The position numbers were made by a program, and so were the translations under genes. The notes under the pieces were generated by a model. It was not told where the DNA came from, made no database searches, and saw nothing but the letters and a program-made list of their open reading frames with translations. A stretch of DNA of 63,389 nt, the filler included, from Craspedostauros australis (taxonomy: Eukaryota), in the NCBI GenBank assembly GCA_030167865.1. It is 7 parts of 7 records of this genome, joined end to end, with 100 filler letters (N's around TTAATTAATTAA, not from the genome) between each part and the next. Parts side by side here need not be neighbours in the genome. Positions count along the whole stretch, not along the records: positions 1 to 28,714 come from JALAGF010005897.1; 6 more parts are not named here. The stretch is one strand, 5' to 3'. Below, one piece after another: positions 11,030 through 23,371 of the stretch. Each line of letters begins with the position of its first letter. Position 1 is the first letter of the stretch.

Positions 11030-13648
11030 TCAACAGCGATTGTGTTGTTCCTCCTCAGATTCGGCAAGCAGGAAGCTCACAATGATTCTGTCTCCGCTCG
11101 AAAGGACTGTGGAATAGGCTCGACCTCTGCGGTGGGAGTGGATCGTCTGCCAACGTGCGTCGGCTTCCTCCGAACCATCATTCTGGACCTGGGTGTGGAG
11201 GGCATCCATGGCGGCCTTGTATTCGTCATCAGATGAAATGGACTGATCTTGATCCGTATCCCTCTCCTCAACTTCGACATGCATGACGCCGGGGGCAGCG
11301 CTGCGTCTCGATCTGAGGCTGCGTCTGGTGCCGATGGGACCGTAGATGTCCAGCAGCTTGTCATAGTTGACCTTGCCCGGATGGAGGTTGTTCTCCGGAT
11401 GTGACGAATAGTCGAGGCAGTTGCCCGTATCCTTGTTGCGGAAGTCTTCGTCGGTGTGCGGCAGACCGAAGCCATGCCCGACCTCATGGCACATGGTGTA
11501 CTGCCGAGCAGCGTCGCCCGTGGACAGATAGTGCTCGTTGAGCTTGGCGGTGCTGCTTTGGATGATGCCACGTCTTTTCACGTGGAGCTCGTTGATGCCA
11601 AGCCATCCTGTCTTGCCGTAGTTGCCGTTGCACACCTTCATCGCGCCGCCAACGTGGGAGCACGCCTTCTCGACGTCCACTCGCTTGGTGCGCAGGGAGA
11701 GGGCGTCAGGGTCGCCCTTGTCCCACTCATCGATGGCCGTGTAGAACTCTTTCTGCCACGTGCTGTCGAGGGCGTTCTGGATCTCCAGGCTCAACCCGTG
11801 TTTGCCGACGCCGTTGTCCCAGATCGTAGTCACGTTGATGCCCTCGAATGGATCCTCGCGCCACCCATCGATCCACTCTCGAAAGTCGCCGATGGAATCG
11901 CTCGCATCGTCGTAGGCATCGTCGAGCTCGTCGGCGTACGGCTTCTCCGCCCACACCCAGACTCCGTAGATGGCCAGTGCAAGGATGATGATGCATGCGA
12001 TGCGTCGACACCAGTCGGCGCAGCATTGCTTTCGATCGTCGCGGCGTTGCTTCTTTCGCTTCTTGGCTTTGTTCGGCGCACCGTGCTTTCGCCCAGCCTC
12101 AGGGTCCATGCCGTTGTCCGTGTGGGTGTACGATGAGGAGGCTCGCAGCGTATCCAACGTTTCGAAGCTCAGCGATGATGCGATGTCGAAACTGCGGATC
12201 GCGCCGCACGCCTCGCAGCACCGGGTCCTAGTGGGGTGGTTCTCGGCATTGTTGATGAAAGTGCAGTCGTCGCAGACCCAGCTGTAGGATTCGTCTCCAT
12301 TCAGCAAGTTCGACGTGGGGATTGCAGAATTGTTGCGCTTGATTGGGGTGACGGCTTCGGCGGACAGCGACGGGCGGCGTTCTAACCATGTCGATGCGCG
12401 ACCGTGACCTTGATTCGCATTGGCATTGGCGGACATGGCGCGCTTGGTGGGTGCCTTGCTTCGGGAGCGGCTTGTGGATCGCCCGCGTGCTACACTGTTG
12501 GCGCATGTGAGCGGCGGGCGGCTGCGAGATCGGCTCCTGGCTCTGGCCCTTGCAGATACGATGGTTGGTACCGCGCCATGTTGCGATGTGGGAGTGGACA
12601 TAGAGGATCGACGCAGTGGCGGTCGGCTGCCTGAGCGATGGCTTTTAGAGCTCCGTGCGCTGTGGACGCTTCGGACGCTGCCGGCATCTTGCTTGCTTGG
12701 GATCATCTTGGCACGCACGAGGCCACCTTCGAAATCGAAGTACGGATTTGCACCGTTGTCGTTTTGAATGGTGCCAACATCCTGGCTCTTCTTGGCTAGC
12801 TGACTCTGAACCCGCTGTTCAAGGGCACGGACTTTGGCCTCCAAGCCTTGGCGTTCGTTGCGCTCTCGGTTGAGCTCCTTCATCACCTTCTCGAACACCT
12901 CCGTGCTTGGCTCCATCTTGGTGGGGACGCTGTTGACGGATTTGGTACGCTTGGTCCTGCTCTTGGTCCTGCTCTTGGTCCTGCGTTCGCCCTTGGAGGT
13001 CTTGGACGTGCGGGTCTTGCTGGTGCGTGCCGATGAGATGGAGCGAGTTGAAGATGGCGCACGTTGGATCAAACTCTTTGCAGATGTTCCTGATGTGGAC
13101 ACCTTGAGGCGTCCGGAGGATGAGGCTGAAGAGGATCGCACCTTCTTTGGTCGTGGGGCCTGCAGCAACTGCAACGATTGCGATGCAGCTGCCGATGTTG
13201 ATGAAGACGAAGACGAAGGTGGTACCGGTGGTGGTAGTCCAGAACTTGATGACTGAGACGAAGATCTCTTGCTCTTGGCTTTTTCCGGTGAGGGCGGCAC
13301 GCTCTGGGCGCGCTTGTGCGTTGCATCGTTGCTGTTAGGATCGTTGCGGGACACTGTTTCCTTGTGCGCCTTCAGGCTCTTCGTCGAGGAAGGTCGACGC
13401 GGCGGCTTAGCGGATCGGGATCGGCCACGGCGTGGCGGCTTGGCGGGTTCTGCCGCTCCAGCAGCCGTGACGATTGGTGTAATCGCAGATGATGCGATGG
13501 GCGCAGGTGGGGCGCTTGGTGAGGCGAGAGGAGATGCGTCGGCATGCTTCATTGCGGAGAGGCGTGGGGCAGCCTCCGCTGTTGCTTTTGCGATGGGGTG
13601 ACCCTCCGATGCTGTGGGCGAGGAGAGAGGTTCTGCCGGTGATGACAT
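11030..13648 (-). CDS. Type II membrane metzincin-like zinc metallopeptidase with N-terminal S/R-rich region and RanBP2-type zinc finger
   Basis: Single long ORF. WVCDDCTFIN...CEACG is a RanBP2-type ZnF (~12195-12280). IACIIILALAIYGVWVWA is a hydrophobic TM segment (~11950-12005). HEVGHGFGLPH matches HEXXHXXGXXH (11456-11488). Start taken at MSSPAEP. Confidence 0.85.
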   Translation of the reverse strand: MSSPAEPLSSPTASEGHPIAKATAEAAPRLSAMKHADASPLASPSAPPAPIASSAITPIVTAAGAAEPAKPPRRGRSRSAKPPRRPSSTKSLKAHKETVSRNDPNSNDATHKRAQSVPPSPEKAKSKRSSSQSSSSGLPPPVPPSSSSSSTSAAASQSLQLLQAPRPKKVRSSSASSSGRLKVSTSGTSAKSLIQRAPSSTRSISSARTSKTRTSKTSKGERRTKSRTKSRTKRTKSVNSVPTKMEPSTEVFEKVMKELNRERNERQGLEAKVRALEQRVQSQLAKKSQDVGTIQNDNGANPYFDFEGGLVRAKMIPSKQDAGSVRSVHSARSSKSHRSGSRPPLRRSSMSTPTSQHGAVPTIVSARARARSRSRSRPPLTCANSVARGRSTSRSRSKAPTKRAMSANANANQGHGRASTWLERRPSLSAEAVTPIKRNNSAIPTSNLLNGDESYSWVCDDCTFINNAENHPTRTRCCEACGAIRSFDIASSLSFETLDTLRASSSYTHTDNGMDPEAGRKHGAPNKAKKRKKQRRDDRKQCCADWCRRIACIIILALAIYGVWVWAEKPYADELDDAYDDASDSIGDFREWIDGWREDPFEGINVTTIWDNGVGKHGLSLEIQNALDSTWQKEFYTAIDEWDKGDPDALSLRTKRVDVEKACSHVGGAMKVCNGNYGKTGWLGINELHVKRRGIIQSSTAKLNEHYLSTGDAARQYTMCHEVGHGFGLPHTDEDFRNKDTGNCLDYSSHPENNLHPGKVNYDKLLDIYGPIGTRRSLRSRRSAAPGVMHVEVEERDTDQDQSISSDDEYKAAMDALHTQVQNDGSEEADARWQTIHSHRRGRAYSTVLSSGDRIIVSFLLAESEEEQHNRC

Positions 13649-13844
13649 GGTGGTAATGAGCTGTTGCCGACGGGGCGCAATGATATACGAGCTGTGCAAT
13701 GGTGTTGGTGTTGTTGTTGTTGTTCACGTTGTTCGTGTATGAGATGATGTTGGTCTCCTCGCTTTGCTGTGCTTTGCAGCCGATTTATGAAGAGATGTCG
13801 ATCAGCTTTCGTTTGAAATGGTCGAAGATGAACTTGGTGCCTGC

Positions 13845-13896
13845 TCTGAAGATGTGTTCTGAAGATGTGTTCTGAAGATGTGTTCTGAAGATGTGT
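13845..13896. repeat. 13-bp tandem repeat (TCTGAAGATGTGT) x4
   Basis: Directly visible upstream of the protease gene. Confidence 0.85.
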
Positions 13897-14931
13897 GCCG
13901 AATCGTACATTAGTGCGAGAGGAGGAGCGCTTGCTGTGGTGAATGTGTGTGATTTGATACGAATGCGAAGTCTATCGGATCACTCAATGCCAAGCCTGTC
14001 GGTCAGTTTGGATGCTTGCTGGCTTACTTACTTACTTGCCGTCTTGATTTCCCGCGGGACGTTGCTCGAGTGCCTCGTGATGCTTTGCTTGTGTGATGCT
14101 TTGCTTGTGTGATGATCATTGGAGGTGGAGCTGGAGGTGGAGGCGCCGTTGCAACGACAAGTGCAATCGTGAGAGTGTCGGATTCTGTTGGCACACACAC
14201 ACACACGTGAACACTTGTGATGTGATTGACCCAGCAACGGAATTTGAAAAGATGCCACCCACACAGTTCTGGGCTGGTGTGAACTGGCATGTACTGGCAC
14301 AGCACAGTCTGGTACAACCAGACCATGGCCTTGGGTGTCGTCAACAAGGCACGGTTGCTGTTGCCATTTTTTCCCAGGACTGCACTCCCAACGAAAGTGT
14401 GCGGTTCTGCTTGTGTGGCTGTTTCCGTGCGCAAATGTGTGAGACCATTTGTGGTCCCACCCGTCCAAAATGTGAGATGGATTATCCGTTCAAAATGAAC
14501 ATGATCTCCTTCATGGCTGAATACTTCCAATGCTCATTTTGCTCCAATGGGTCGACTTGAAGATACCTTCCTGACAACAATATACATCGTGTTTGGTACC
14601 TCGATAGATAGGCTGTTATTGTGGTACCACGCCGTGGAGCGAACGAGAATCCTTTTGTGGGATTGGTCTTGGTGGGTGTTGACGCTGGTGGTTGCCTCTT
14701 GGATCTGTGTTGCCTCCGGCGCTGTTCTGTTGACCAAGAAGTCATCCATCATGTGTGGCGCCATCTCCATGCGAGCATCACCTGCCAGCCCATTGCCCAG
14801 AGAGAGGCTCACAAAGACACTCACAGGAACAGAGAGCATCGTGCACCGACGCACAGCCCCCATAGGAGTGCTCTCAAAGGAGGAATCACGGCCACGTGCA
14901 GCGTTGTTTGCTTGGCAAGAAGCGCCCAAGA

Positions 14932-16680
14932 ATGGAGCTGGTCGAAGCCACGCCAGTTGGTGCAGCGGATGATGTCGTGAAGGTTGCCACGGCCGTGCCT
15001 GTCTTCCCCCCAAGACCGGATGCCATCGTTACGTTGATTACCTCTGACGACCAGCTCGCCGGAGCGCAGACGTTGATGTACTCAATCAAGGTCCGTTCAA
15101 TCACTCTCGTGTGGATGAGTGTTCGTATTGTTGGATGTGGGGATTCGTGCTGAGAGTTGCTTTTGTTTGCTCTTCCCCAGTTTCGGTGGAAGCGGACGAA
15201 ACTTCCACCNNNNNNNNNNNNNNNNNNNNNNNNNNNNNNNNNNNNNNNNNNNNNNNNNNCCACCGGCTTCTGCAGGATCAGGGCGGCGGCGAAAACTCGC
15301 AGCGCCGTGTCGCCATGGTGGAGGTCGTCCCAATGCTTCCTGGCACCATGATACCTGTGGCGAGGTTTGCATCGCCTCTATCACACACTGCTTGCTCGTG
15401 TGGTTGGACGATTATCCACCAGATGAAGAGGATACCATGCAGCCACGCTAGTATATTTGCTACACCAACCAGCCTGCTCACTCGCGCTGCCTCCTCCATG
15501 AACTCCAACATATAATATTTTACACTTTCACCATGCGACACCCGGTTGTTGCCATTCCATCCATTGCATCGTTTATTCGAAGAAAAACAACAAGTCAATT
15601 CCCAAGTATCCGCCCGAGCTGGTGGTCCTCGCGACTCCCAATGTCTCGATTCAGCGGATAGAGGATGCCTTGATCCCCGATTTCTGCACCCGCGTCACTC
15701 CAGTCCCAACCCACGGTTTTCCGTCCAACTCGAAGCAACACCAGATCCATCCTGCTGCATCATCGCAAGCAGGAGGCGAAAGTGGCGTCGGCGACCTGAC
15801 CTTGATCAATGTGTTTGGACTATGCGAGTACGACACGGTGGTGTACATCGGGGTCAACTGCTTGGTTGTCAAGGACGTGCACGATCTCCTGGATCTGGGC
15901 AAGGTGTACACGATCAGCGATGCATTGATCGCAGCCGCACCGGACATCGTGCCACCCGACAAGTTCAACTGTGGCGTGATGGTCATTCGGCCCGACGATC
16001 AGACGCATGCCGCATTGATCGCTCAGCGAGGCGAGCTTGTGTCGCACGATGGTTGCGTTGGTGGTTATTTGAATGCCTACTTTCCGAACTGGTTCCGCGA
16101 CATGCCACCGATGGCACGGCTGGGCGTCGAGTACAATGCGCAGACGATGCTGTATGATTTGGCGGCAAGGAATGCAGCAGTTGATGCTGGGGATGGCGAC
16201 GACACCAACGCGATGGCATCATTTTGGGAGGTACATGTTGCGTCCAAACTGTGCATCATTCAGTACTCCAACTACAACGGGATGGGACAGCCATGGAAGA
16301 TCCCGAGCGGTGCAAAGGATGACAGGCCTCAGAAGGTGCATCCGCTGACTGCGCTTTGGAGAACCTGGAACCGGAAATCCATGAACTACCAAGCCCGTGT
16401 CATCAAAGAACGCAAGGACGACGAGCGCAAGATGGCGCAGCAGCAACAGCAGCAGCAGCAGCAAGATCGAAAGAGACAAGCCCAGACCGCAGCGCCGACG
16501 TCCGCAGCGCCCAACGATCCCAAACGACTGCACAAACTCATCTCTCGGCGGTTCAAGGAACTGCGATCGCAAGGTGTACCGAGCAAGGAAGCCATGGTGC
16601 AGGCGCAGGCGCAATATCAAGATCAGCAGACGCACATGGATGCGGGATCGCAGGTGGCCGCGATGTTCGGAATGAGATGA
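14932..16680 (+). CDS. Glycosyltransferase family 8 (glycogenin-like) protein with degenerate catalytic motifs; 2 exons
   Basis: Exon 14932-15090 (AIVTLITSDDQLAGAQTLMYSIK) joins exon 15583-16680; the intron contains an N gap. GT8 blocks present: FGLCEYDTVVYI..CLV, AAAPDIVPPDKFNCGVMVIRP, GYLNAYFPNW, RLGVEYNAQ, QPW. Confidence 0.82.
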
Positions 16681-17412
16681 TGTCGTTGGTTCGTCAACTA
16701 GGGGTGCCCGGATGCTATTATTAGTACAGTTGGTCATACAGTACGATCGTATTTCAGACAGACAGACACACACAGAGAGCAAGACTCGTTCAGACAGTTC
16801 TTGTTCGATTCTTTCCAAACCTGTCGCCGTTACATGTGCATCTTCCGCTGCGAAGGTTTGCGGATGTGAGTGCTATGTCTGCAATCGTACTTTGCTCTGC
16901 TGTGCCAATACTCTTTGCAATTGTGCTCTCAGTTTGCATTTGAAACTACAAACACTATTCCTCTCCATTGCTCTTGCTTCGAAAGAGAGAGAGAGAGAGA
17001 GACGGAATGCTTGTATGATATTCTATAATACATCTCCAGAGTATGTATAATGCGAGCGACTTGTATGGATCGCTGACGAGTAGTCTGGGATGGTATCGAC
17101 ACGTCAACCAATCCCCACGGAACGAAGGGCAGACCAAGAGGATTCTCACACAATCGCGGCCGGATCTTTGTCCACGCCAACGCAAACACCAACCGACAAT
17201 GGCACAACGCTTCGCCAACGGAGCGTCCTTGCGCCCACGCTGGAGTACCCGTACCACATATTCTAGTACATTGATCATATTGTAATAAATCGTATTCCAT
17301 TATACTCCAGAGTAACAGACGTGGTTGCTCCCCTTACTTTGCAATTGCGCACTGCGGACCACAAGCAAGGCTACAAGCAAGGCCACAAGCAAGAGCCACT
17401 CGCACGAGCACG

Positions 17413-19863
17413 ATGCTGTGGGCCGATGCCGCGCTGAAGACCGTGGCCTTCGCGGCCTCCATCATAGCCACGTTGCAGGCGTCCTCCCGCGGACTGTACC
17501 TCCTGCAGCATGATGCGATCGGCGTGATGGACGGCCCCTTGATCCAGAACAGATCGACGTCGCTCTTCGAGCTCTCCGAAATGTTCCGTCATGCGGTGTG
17601 GCTTTCCATGACCGATGGCGCAATATATGATGCCAATGTCACCATTCGCGACGCTTCGTCGACCTTCTTGGTGGGTGATGCCGATGAAAAGCAAGCAGGA
17701 GGCAGCAGCGGCAGCAGCAGCAAGAAGGCGACGATCAGAGAGCCCTATTCGTTGTACCCACGGCCTTTCCTCGAAGATCCAGCCGCGTCGTCATCTTCCG
17801 CGACAGGACGCAAGGCCGGAGATAGCGCAACTTCGGCACAGCAGGAAGACACCAGTCCGAACGATTCGGTTGTTCCATTTGATGCCGAGAAGAGCAGTCT
17901 GGACGCATTCCTCGACGCGCAGGTGAATCAGTTTCTGGAGGATGCCGACAGGGACATGGCGGCCGCAGACGAAGGTGGGGATGGGAATGCGGACGATGTC
18001 AAAGGCTCCGCTGATTCCAGCAGTCACGCGGCCAGCAGCGACAGAGGCAACAACCCTGACGGTAGAGGTTGGCGACATTTGGGATCGGCATTCAAGCAGG
18101 CTGCTCAACCGACCTGGGGGGCCACGAGCCATTTCGTGCAGGAATCGCCAAAGGTCGTTTCGTACTGGACGAAATGGGCATGGTACAAGGCCCAAGGCAA
18201 ACGCATGGTGCCCACCAACGCAACAAGCGAAGCGAGTGGTCTTGATCTGGATGGTTCAGGTGAGTAAGAAAGCAGCTGCGCACATGCATGCATACTCATA
18301 CCTGGGTTTGGGCCTGACACATCCACTTGATCTCTGCGTCGCCTCCTGTATCTGCTTCTTCCTCTTCCCTCCTCTGTCTTCCCGCGTCTCACCGCTTGCA
18401 ATGTCAACCCTCCACAACCCCTTTGGCTGACTCATGCAATCACTTATCCGTGCGTCCACTCATCCATGCGTCAATAATGTCACCAATAATGCCGTCAACA
18501 ATGCCGTCAACAATCAATCAATGATCGCGCCACTACGATGATGAACGACGACGACGCCATACTTGTACTTGTACTTGTACTTGTACTCGTACCATGCGAA
18601 ACAGACAGCGACTACAATCTCATGCGCCAAATCCAACTCAGCTTCAATTCCTCAGTCACCAATGAGGACACGACATACACCATATCCGCATACGCACCCA
18701 AGACATTCCAATTCCTGCGCAATCTGTTCGGGATTCGGGACATCGATTACAACTTCTCCATGTCGTCCGATGCATTCGTTTCATTCCAGAGCAATTCCAA
18801 GGGCGCGGCACGAGCTGGCGGCGTTTTCTTCTTCACTCGCGACGGTGCTTACATGATCAAGACAATCAAGAAGGAGGAAGTTGGGGCCTTGCTTCGCATG
18901 CTGCCGAAGTACCGCACGCACATGAAACGATTTGGACGCAGTTCGTTGCTCACGCGATTCTGCGGCATGTACTCCATCCAAATGGACGGCGGCACGCAGC
19001 AAACCATCGTGGTCATGAACTCCGTTTTCCCCGCAGAGGCATCCAAGTTCGTTGCGGAGCGATATGATCTCAAGGGATCGACAGTGGGACGCGAGGTTTC
19101 CGAGGAGGAAAAGCAAAAGAAGGGAAGGAACGCCGTGCTCAAGGATCTCGATCTCGCCAGAGAGGTGAACTTGGTCAAGGCTGTGGGAAGAGGCAGACAC
19201 ACCACGATGCACACACATTCACAACAACCGTCGTATGGCTTCCACATTGGCGCTACGGCCAAGGCGGCGCTGTTGTCGCAGTTGCGACAGGATGTCAAGC
19301 TACTGGTCGACTGCCAGGTCATGGATTACAGCTTGCTCGTCGGCGTGGTGCTCATGGATGAGCACCTGCTGAGATTGGATGCGACGGAGCAACGCGCACT
19401 GGATGTCACCCAGCAGAATCAGGGGGCGCTGGTGCTCGCGGATGCAGCGTCTATTAGCCTGGCGCGTATGCGGGGTAAACGGAAGGTGGATACGGAGCTG
19501 TTCATGGCGCTGGCGACCCCAGTCCGTCTGCTGCTTTCGCCGACGGTCTATTTGTCGCGGAAAATCTGGCAACGGGCCCGGCGCACCGTGTCGTCCATCC
19601 TCACGCTGCCAATGCCATACTACGGCGCCGATCGGTGTGTCGTCGATGGAGGGTCGTTGGCCACCCTGCACGGAACGCGGCGTGGGCAACGCGCGGTGTA
19701 CTTCATGGGACTGATCGACTTCCTGCAGCCGTGGTCGACGAGAAAAGTCTGGGAACGCAAGCTCAAGGGATGGATAGGCCAAGACATCAACGCCGTCAGC
19801 TGTGTGGCGCCGGAGGAGTACGCGGATCGGTTTCTCAGATTTATGGATGAGAACATCAGCTAG
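17413..19863 (+). CDS. PIP5K: Phosphatidylinositol-phosphate kinase (PIP5K family); 2 exons
   Basis: Exons 17413-18259 and 18605-19863 (phase-1 GTGAGT..ACAG). Motifs YAPKTFQFLRNLFGI, FFFTRDGAYMIKTI, RYDLKGS, LKDLD, MDYSLLVG, GLIDFLQ, YADRF. Confidence 0.9.
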
Positions 19864-20380
19864 TTTGTGCACTCGGAGAGTATCGGCCAGCCAGCCAGCC
19901 AGCCAAATGAAACACCATGGAGTAGAGCCGAAGGTGGCGTGGGAAGGAGCTGCATCCTGCAACCATCCCATGTTTTCACATTCGTATGCATGCAACACTA
20001 CACTTGGAATCTACCACGGCAATACTGATTACTTTACTCTTGAGTATGTCGCCCTCTGCCACGCGGATGACTCTACCAGCTGGATGGTATTGCCGCTGAA
20101 GCATTGCACTCTACTCTAATTCTATGCATGTGCTGCGGTCATTGGCTCTCTCGCAGCCACAACTACTAAATCTTCCAAATGCACCAAGTCTATGTTCGCA
20201 AGCCGTTCATTGCCCCATCGTGACCCACTGTACGAGTAGAGTCGAGCTGCAATGAATGATCTCCGCTCTTTGGACGGATAATCACATCACACACAACTAT
20301 GGTAGAGCCGCTTGCTGCCACAGGAGTGGATCTTGTGCGTACTCATAGCGCACGAGTTGTATGATGCAGAAACTGTATCC

Positions 20381-23371
20381 CTATTGGTCCTTCTTGAATT
20401 CGCTCGACGCCAAGTCATTCTCGCTGTGCACGGCTTCGAGCAGCTTGGCCTCGAGCTCCTCGTTGCGTGATTTCTCGATGATCTCCTTCCAGTTCAACTC
20501 GCTGCTGTAGTAGAGATCGCCCATGGCAGGTCCGAGCTTCTTGATGAAGGCACGGATTTCGACTTGCAGCTGACTTCGCATCGCCGGCAACTTCTTCAGC
20601 CGCCGGCGGCTGGATGGGAACAGGCGCATGAGGTACGGTCGCAAATCCTTGAATTCAACGATGCCCGCCTCGCTGACGATGATCCCAACGTACGCAAACA
20701 GCGGCAATGAGAATATGCACAGTGCGATGGTCGGTGCGTCGAAGTCTGTGCCGAAGTACATCAAGAGAAAGTACATGAACCACATGCTCGGGATGGCGAC
20801 CATGCAGAACAGAATCTTCTCCGTCAGCATCACATCGAATGCTCTGATCTTCACCTTGCTCCTTGCCAATGCTCGTTTGCGTCGACGTTCCGCGTACAAG
20901 CCAGCCAGGATGCCGACTGGTAAATTCAAAAAGAGCGTCGGGATGGCCGCCAGCACAAGCAGCACCAGCATATGCACGATTTGATATGGCAGACGGATTT
21001 CGGCGAGCACGGTGTCACCGTCGATGTCCTTTATCTTTGAGTCCTCGCTCAACGTACGGTCCAATCCAGGTACCTGGTAATCACGGATCCCCAGATCGCG
21101 CAGCTCCTTGCGGTATGCGATGATGCGTGTTTGCAAATCCAACCAACTGTCAAATGGCAAAAATATAGGATTGGCAATTGTATTGGCGATCGCATGTGGA
21201 CGAGTGCAATCATGAATTAAGAACGAGAGCGCGAAATGTGAGATATTGACGATCAGATTTCCTCCCCTTCTGCTTTCCTTTTCTCTCTTTCTCTCTCTCA
21301 CTCGTCCTCGGCATGTATCGAACCAACAGCAACAACAGCAACAATAATCAAACAAATGAACAGTGTGCGTCTCAAATTGCAGCCACCACTGTGGAGCACG
21401 ACACATCGATTGCGCGGTTGTAGTTTCAGAGAAGATGATTCGGAAAACGAGAGACAACAACAAGCACTTACGCTTGTGGCGGATCTCCGTTGGTGACAGT
21501 CAGCAATCGCCTGTATCCTTCGGCAAACCGCCGACTGAGGTCTTGCCGTTCCTCAGCGCTGCGTTGCAATCCTCTGCGTTGGTACAGACGTCTGGCCGTG
21601 TGGATCATTTGCAACGTGTCGAAATCGGGTGCTGAAACGATGACGGACTTCATGGAATCCTGGATGCGATCGAGCAAGGTGTTGCAAGTCTCGCGTCGCT
21701 TCATGCCACCGGCCATGTAGTCATCGAGCGTGGTTGGGTCGAGGTAGATGGGGCGTCCGTACTCCACGACCGCGCGTCCGCGCCAACGATGCGCATGGAA
21801 GTAGTTGAGACCGACGGGCACGATGGGGACATTCAGCGCATCGTGTTCCAAAGCCGAATACGCGATCAACGCAACGCCGACCTTCAAGGGCAGGAGGTCG
21901 GTGCGATCGTGGCTTCCGCCTTCGGGGAAGATGCACATGCAACCGCCGCTCGCCATCTTGTCCAGGACCTTTTCGTAGACGACCTTTTGGTCCACGCGTC
22001 TGAGGATGTCGAAGGGAACGGGCGAGTCTTGGGTGGCCTTGAATGCGCCGATTTCGTCTCCCACGATGAGAATGCCCTCGATCTTGACGTTGCTATCGTC
22101 GATGATTTCAATGACTTTGGCAGCGACCGGCGTGCCAGGCGGCCTGATCTTGTCTCCGAGACCAAGCTCCTTGGTGAAGATGGTGCCCTTGCCGCGCACC
22201 GACCAAGTGGAAGGAGACGCCGCCGCTACAGTCGTGTCCTCGCCTGCATTATCGCCGAGTGACATCCCCACGCTTTGGTCGTTGCCGTTGCCTTCTGTGT
22301 TTGTTGTGTTTGTTGCAGTTGTTGTGTTGGGAGCGATATTCTCATGGAATTCCACGAGACCCGTACCCCTCTTGGCAGCATCCTGCGCGCGTTTGACAGG
22401 GACGGCATCCAACGCCCATGCCACGTCACCAACGATGCGGCGATTCCAGCTGGCCTCCGCAATGAGATGGGAGAGCTTGTGCTGGCACGTGCACAAGACC
22501 ATGAGGCCGTCAACGAATTGGTTTGCATGGTTGACGCTGAAGATGATGGGACCGTGCCTGGGGATGTTCTGCAGGCCGATGATTTCCACCTCGCGGAAGA
22601 AGATACTGAGGACCGATTGGAAGAAGGTTTTGACGCAGAAATACATGAGGCTTTTGAATTCGGACAGCCAGATGTAGGATGACATGCAGGCGCAGATGCT
22701 CACGATGTGCCATGGCACGATCCATGGAAAGACATGGATAATGATCTTGACAGGGCTGCCGAATGTAAGTGAAGAGGGGACGAACGCCAGGATCGCAAGA
22801 GCGGCACATTGGGTGAGATGGGATGGCATTGATTGGCATTGAATGGCATGGAATGACATGAGAGATCGTGAAGGGAGCCGGAAGGATGCCGTGAGTATCA
22901 AGATAGATGAAATGAGGTGAGGTGGTGTAGAGTGTGGGCAATGCGGGATGGGAACAACAAATATTTCAAGAGAATACTGTACGCAACGGATGCCCTGCAC
23001 GATACGTATTGATGCATTGACGTATTGACGTATTGATGTATTGACGTATTGATGCAGAGTAACAAGAGCTTGACTCACTTGATGGCGTCCACGGTCAAAA
23101 GCACTGTGACGAGCAAGACGCCCAGCTGCGTCTTGGTGAAGTCAATGTCGGTTTCGGATCTTCCTTCGAGCCTGCGGACGTTGATGAGGCATGAATGTGG
23201 ATGAGATGCAGAGAGAGAGAGGTAGAGACAAGGGAGAAGAAGCGGTCGTGTGAGCGGCTGGTTGATTTGGCATCGCTCGCACAGAGAGAATCGAATGCCT
23301 TCAGCGGTTTGCATTCCACACCGCAGCGTATCCACCATGTGCTTCATTGATGGCTGAATGCCGTACCTCAT
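20381..23371 (-). CDS. GPAT: Glycerol-3-phosphate/dihydroxyacetone-phosphate O-acyltransferase (Sct1/Gpt2-type membrane GPAT); 4 exons
   Basis: Exons 23371-23367, 23171-23079, 22755-21472 and 21146-20381 splice in frame. Acyltransferase motifs NHANQFVD, VPVKRAQD, IFPEGGSHDRTDLLPLKVG and IVPVGLNYF are present, with C-terminal TM helices. Confidence 0.92.
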
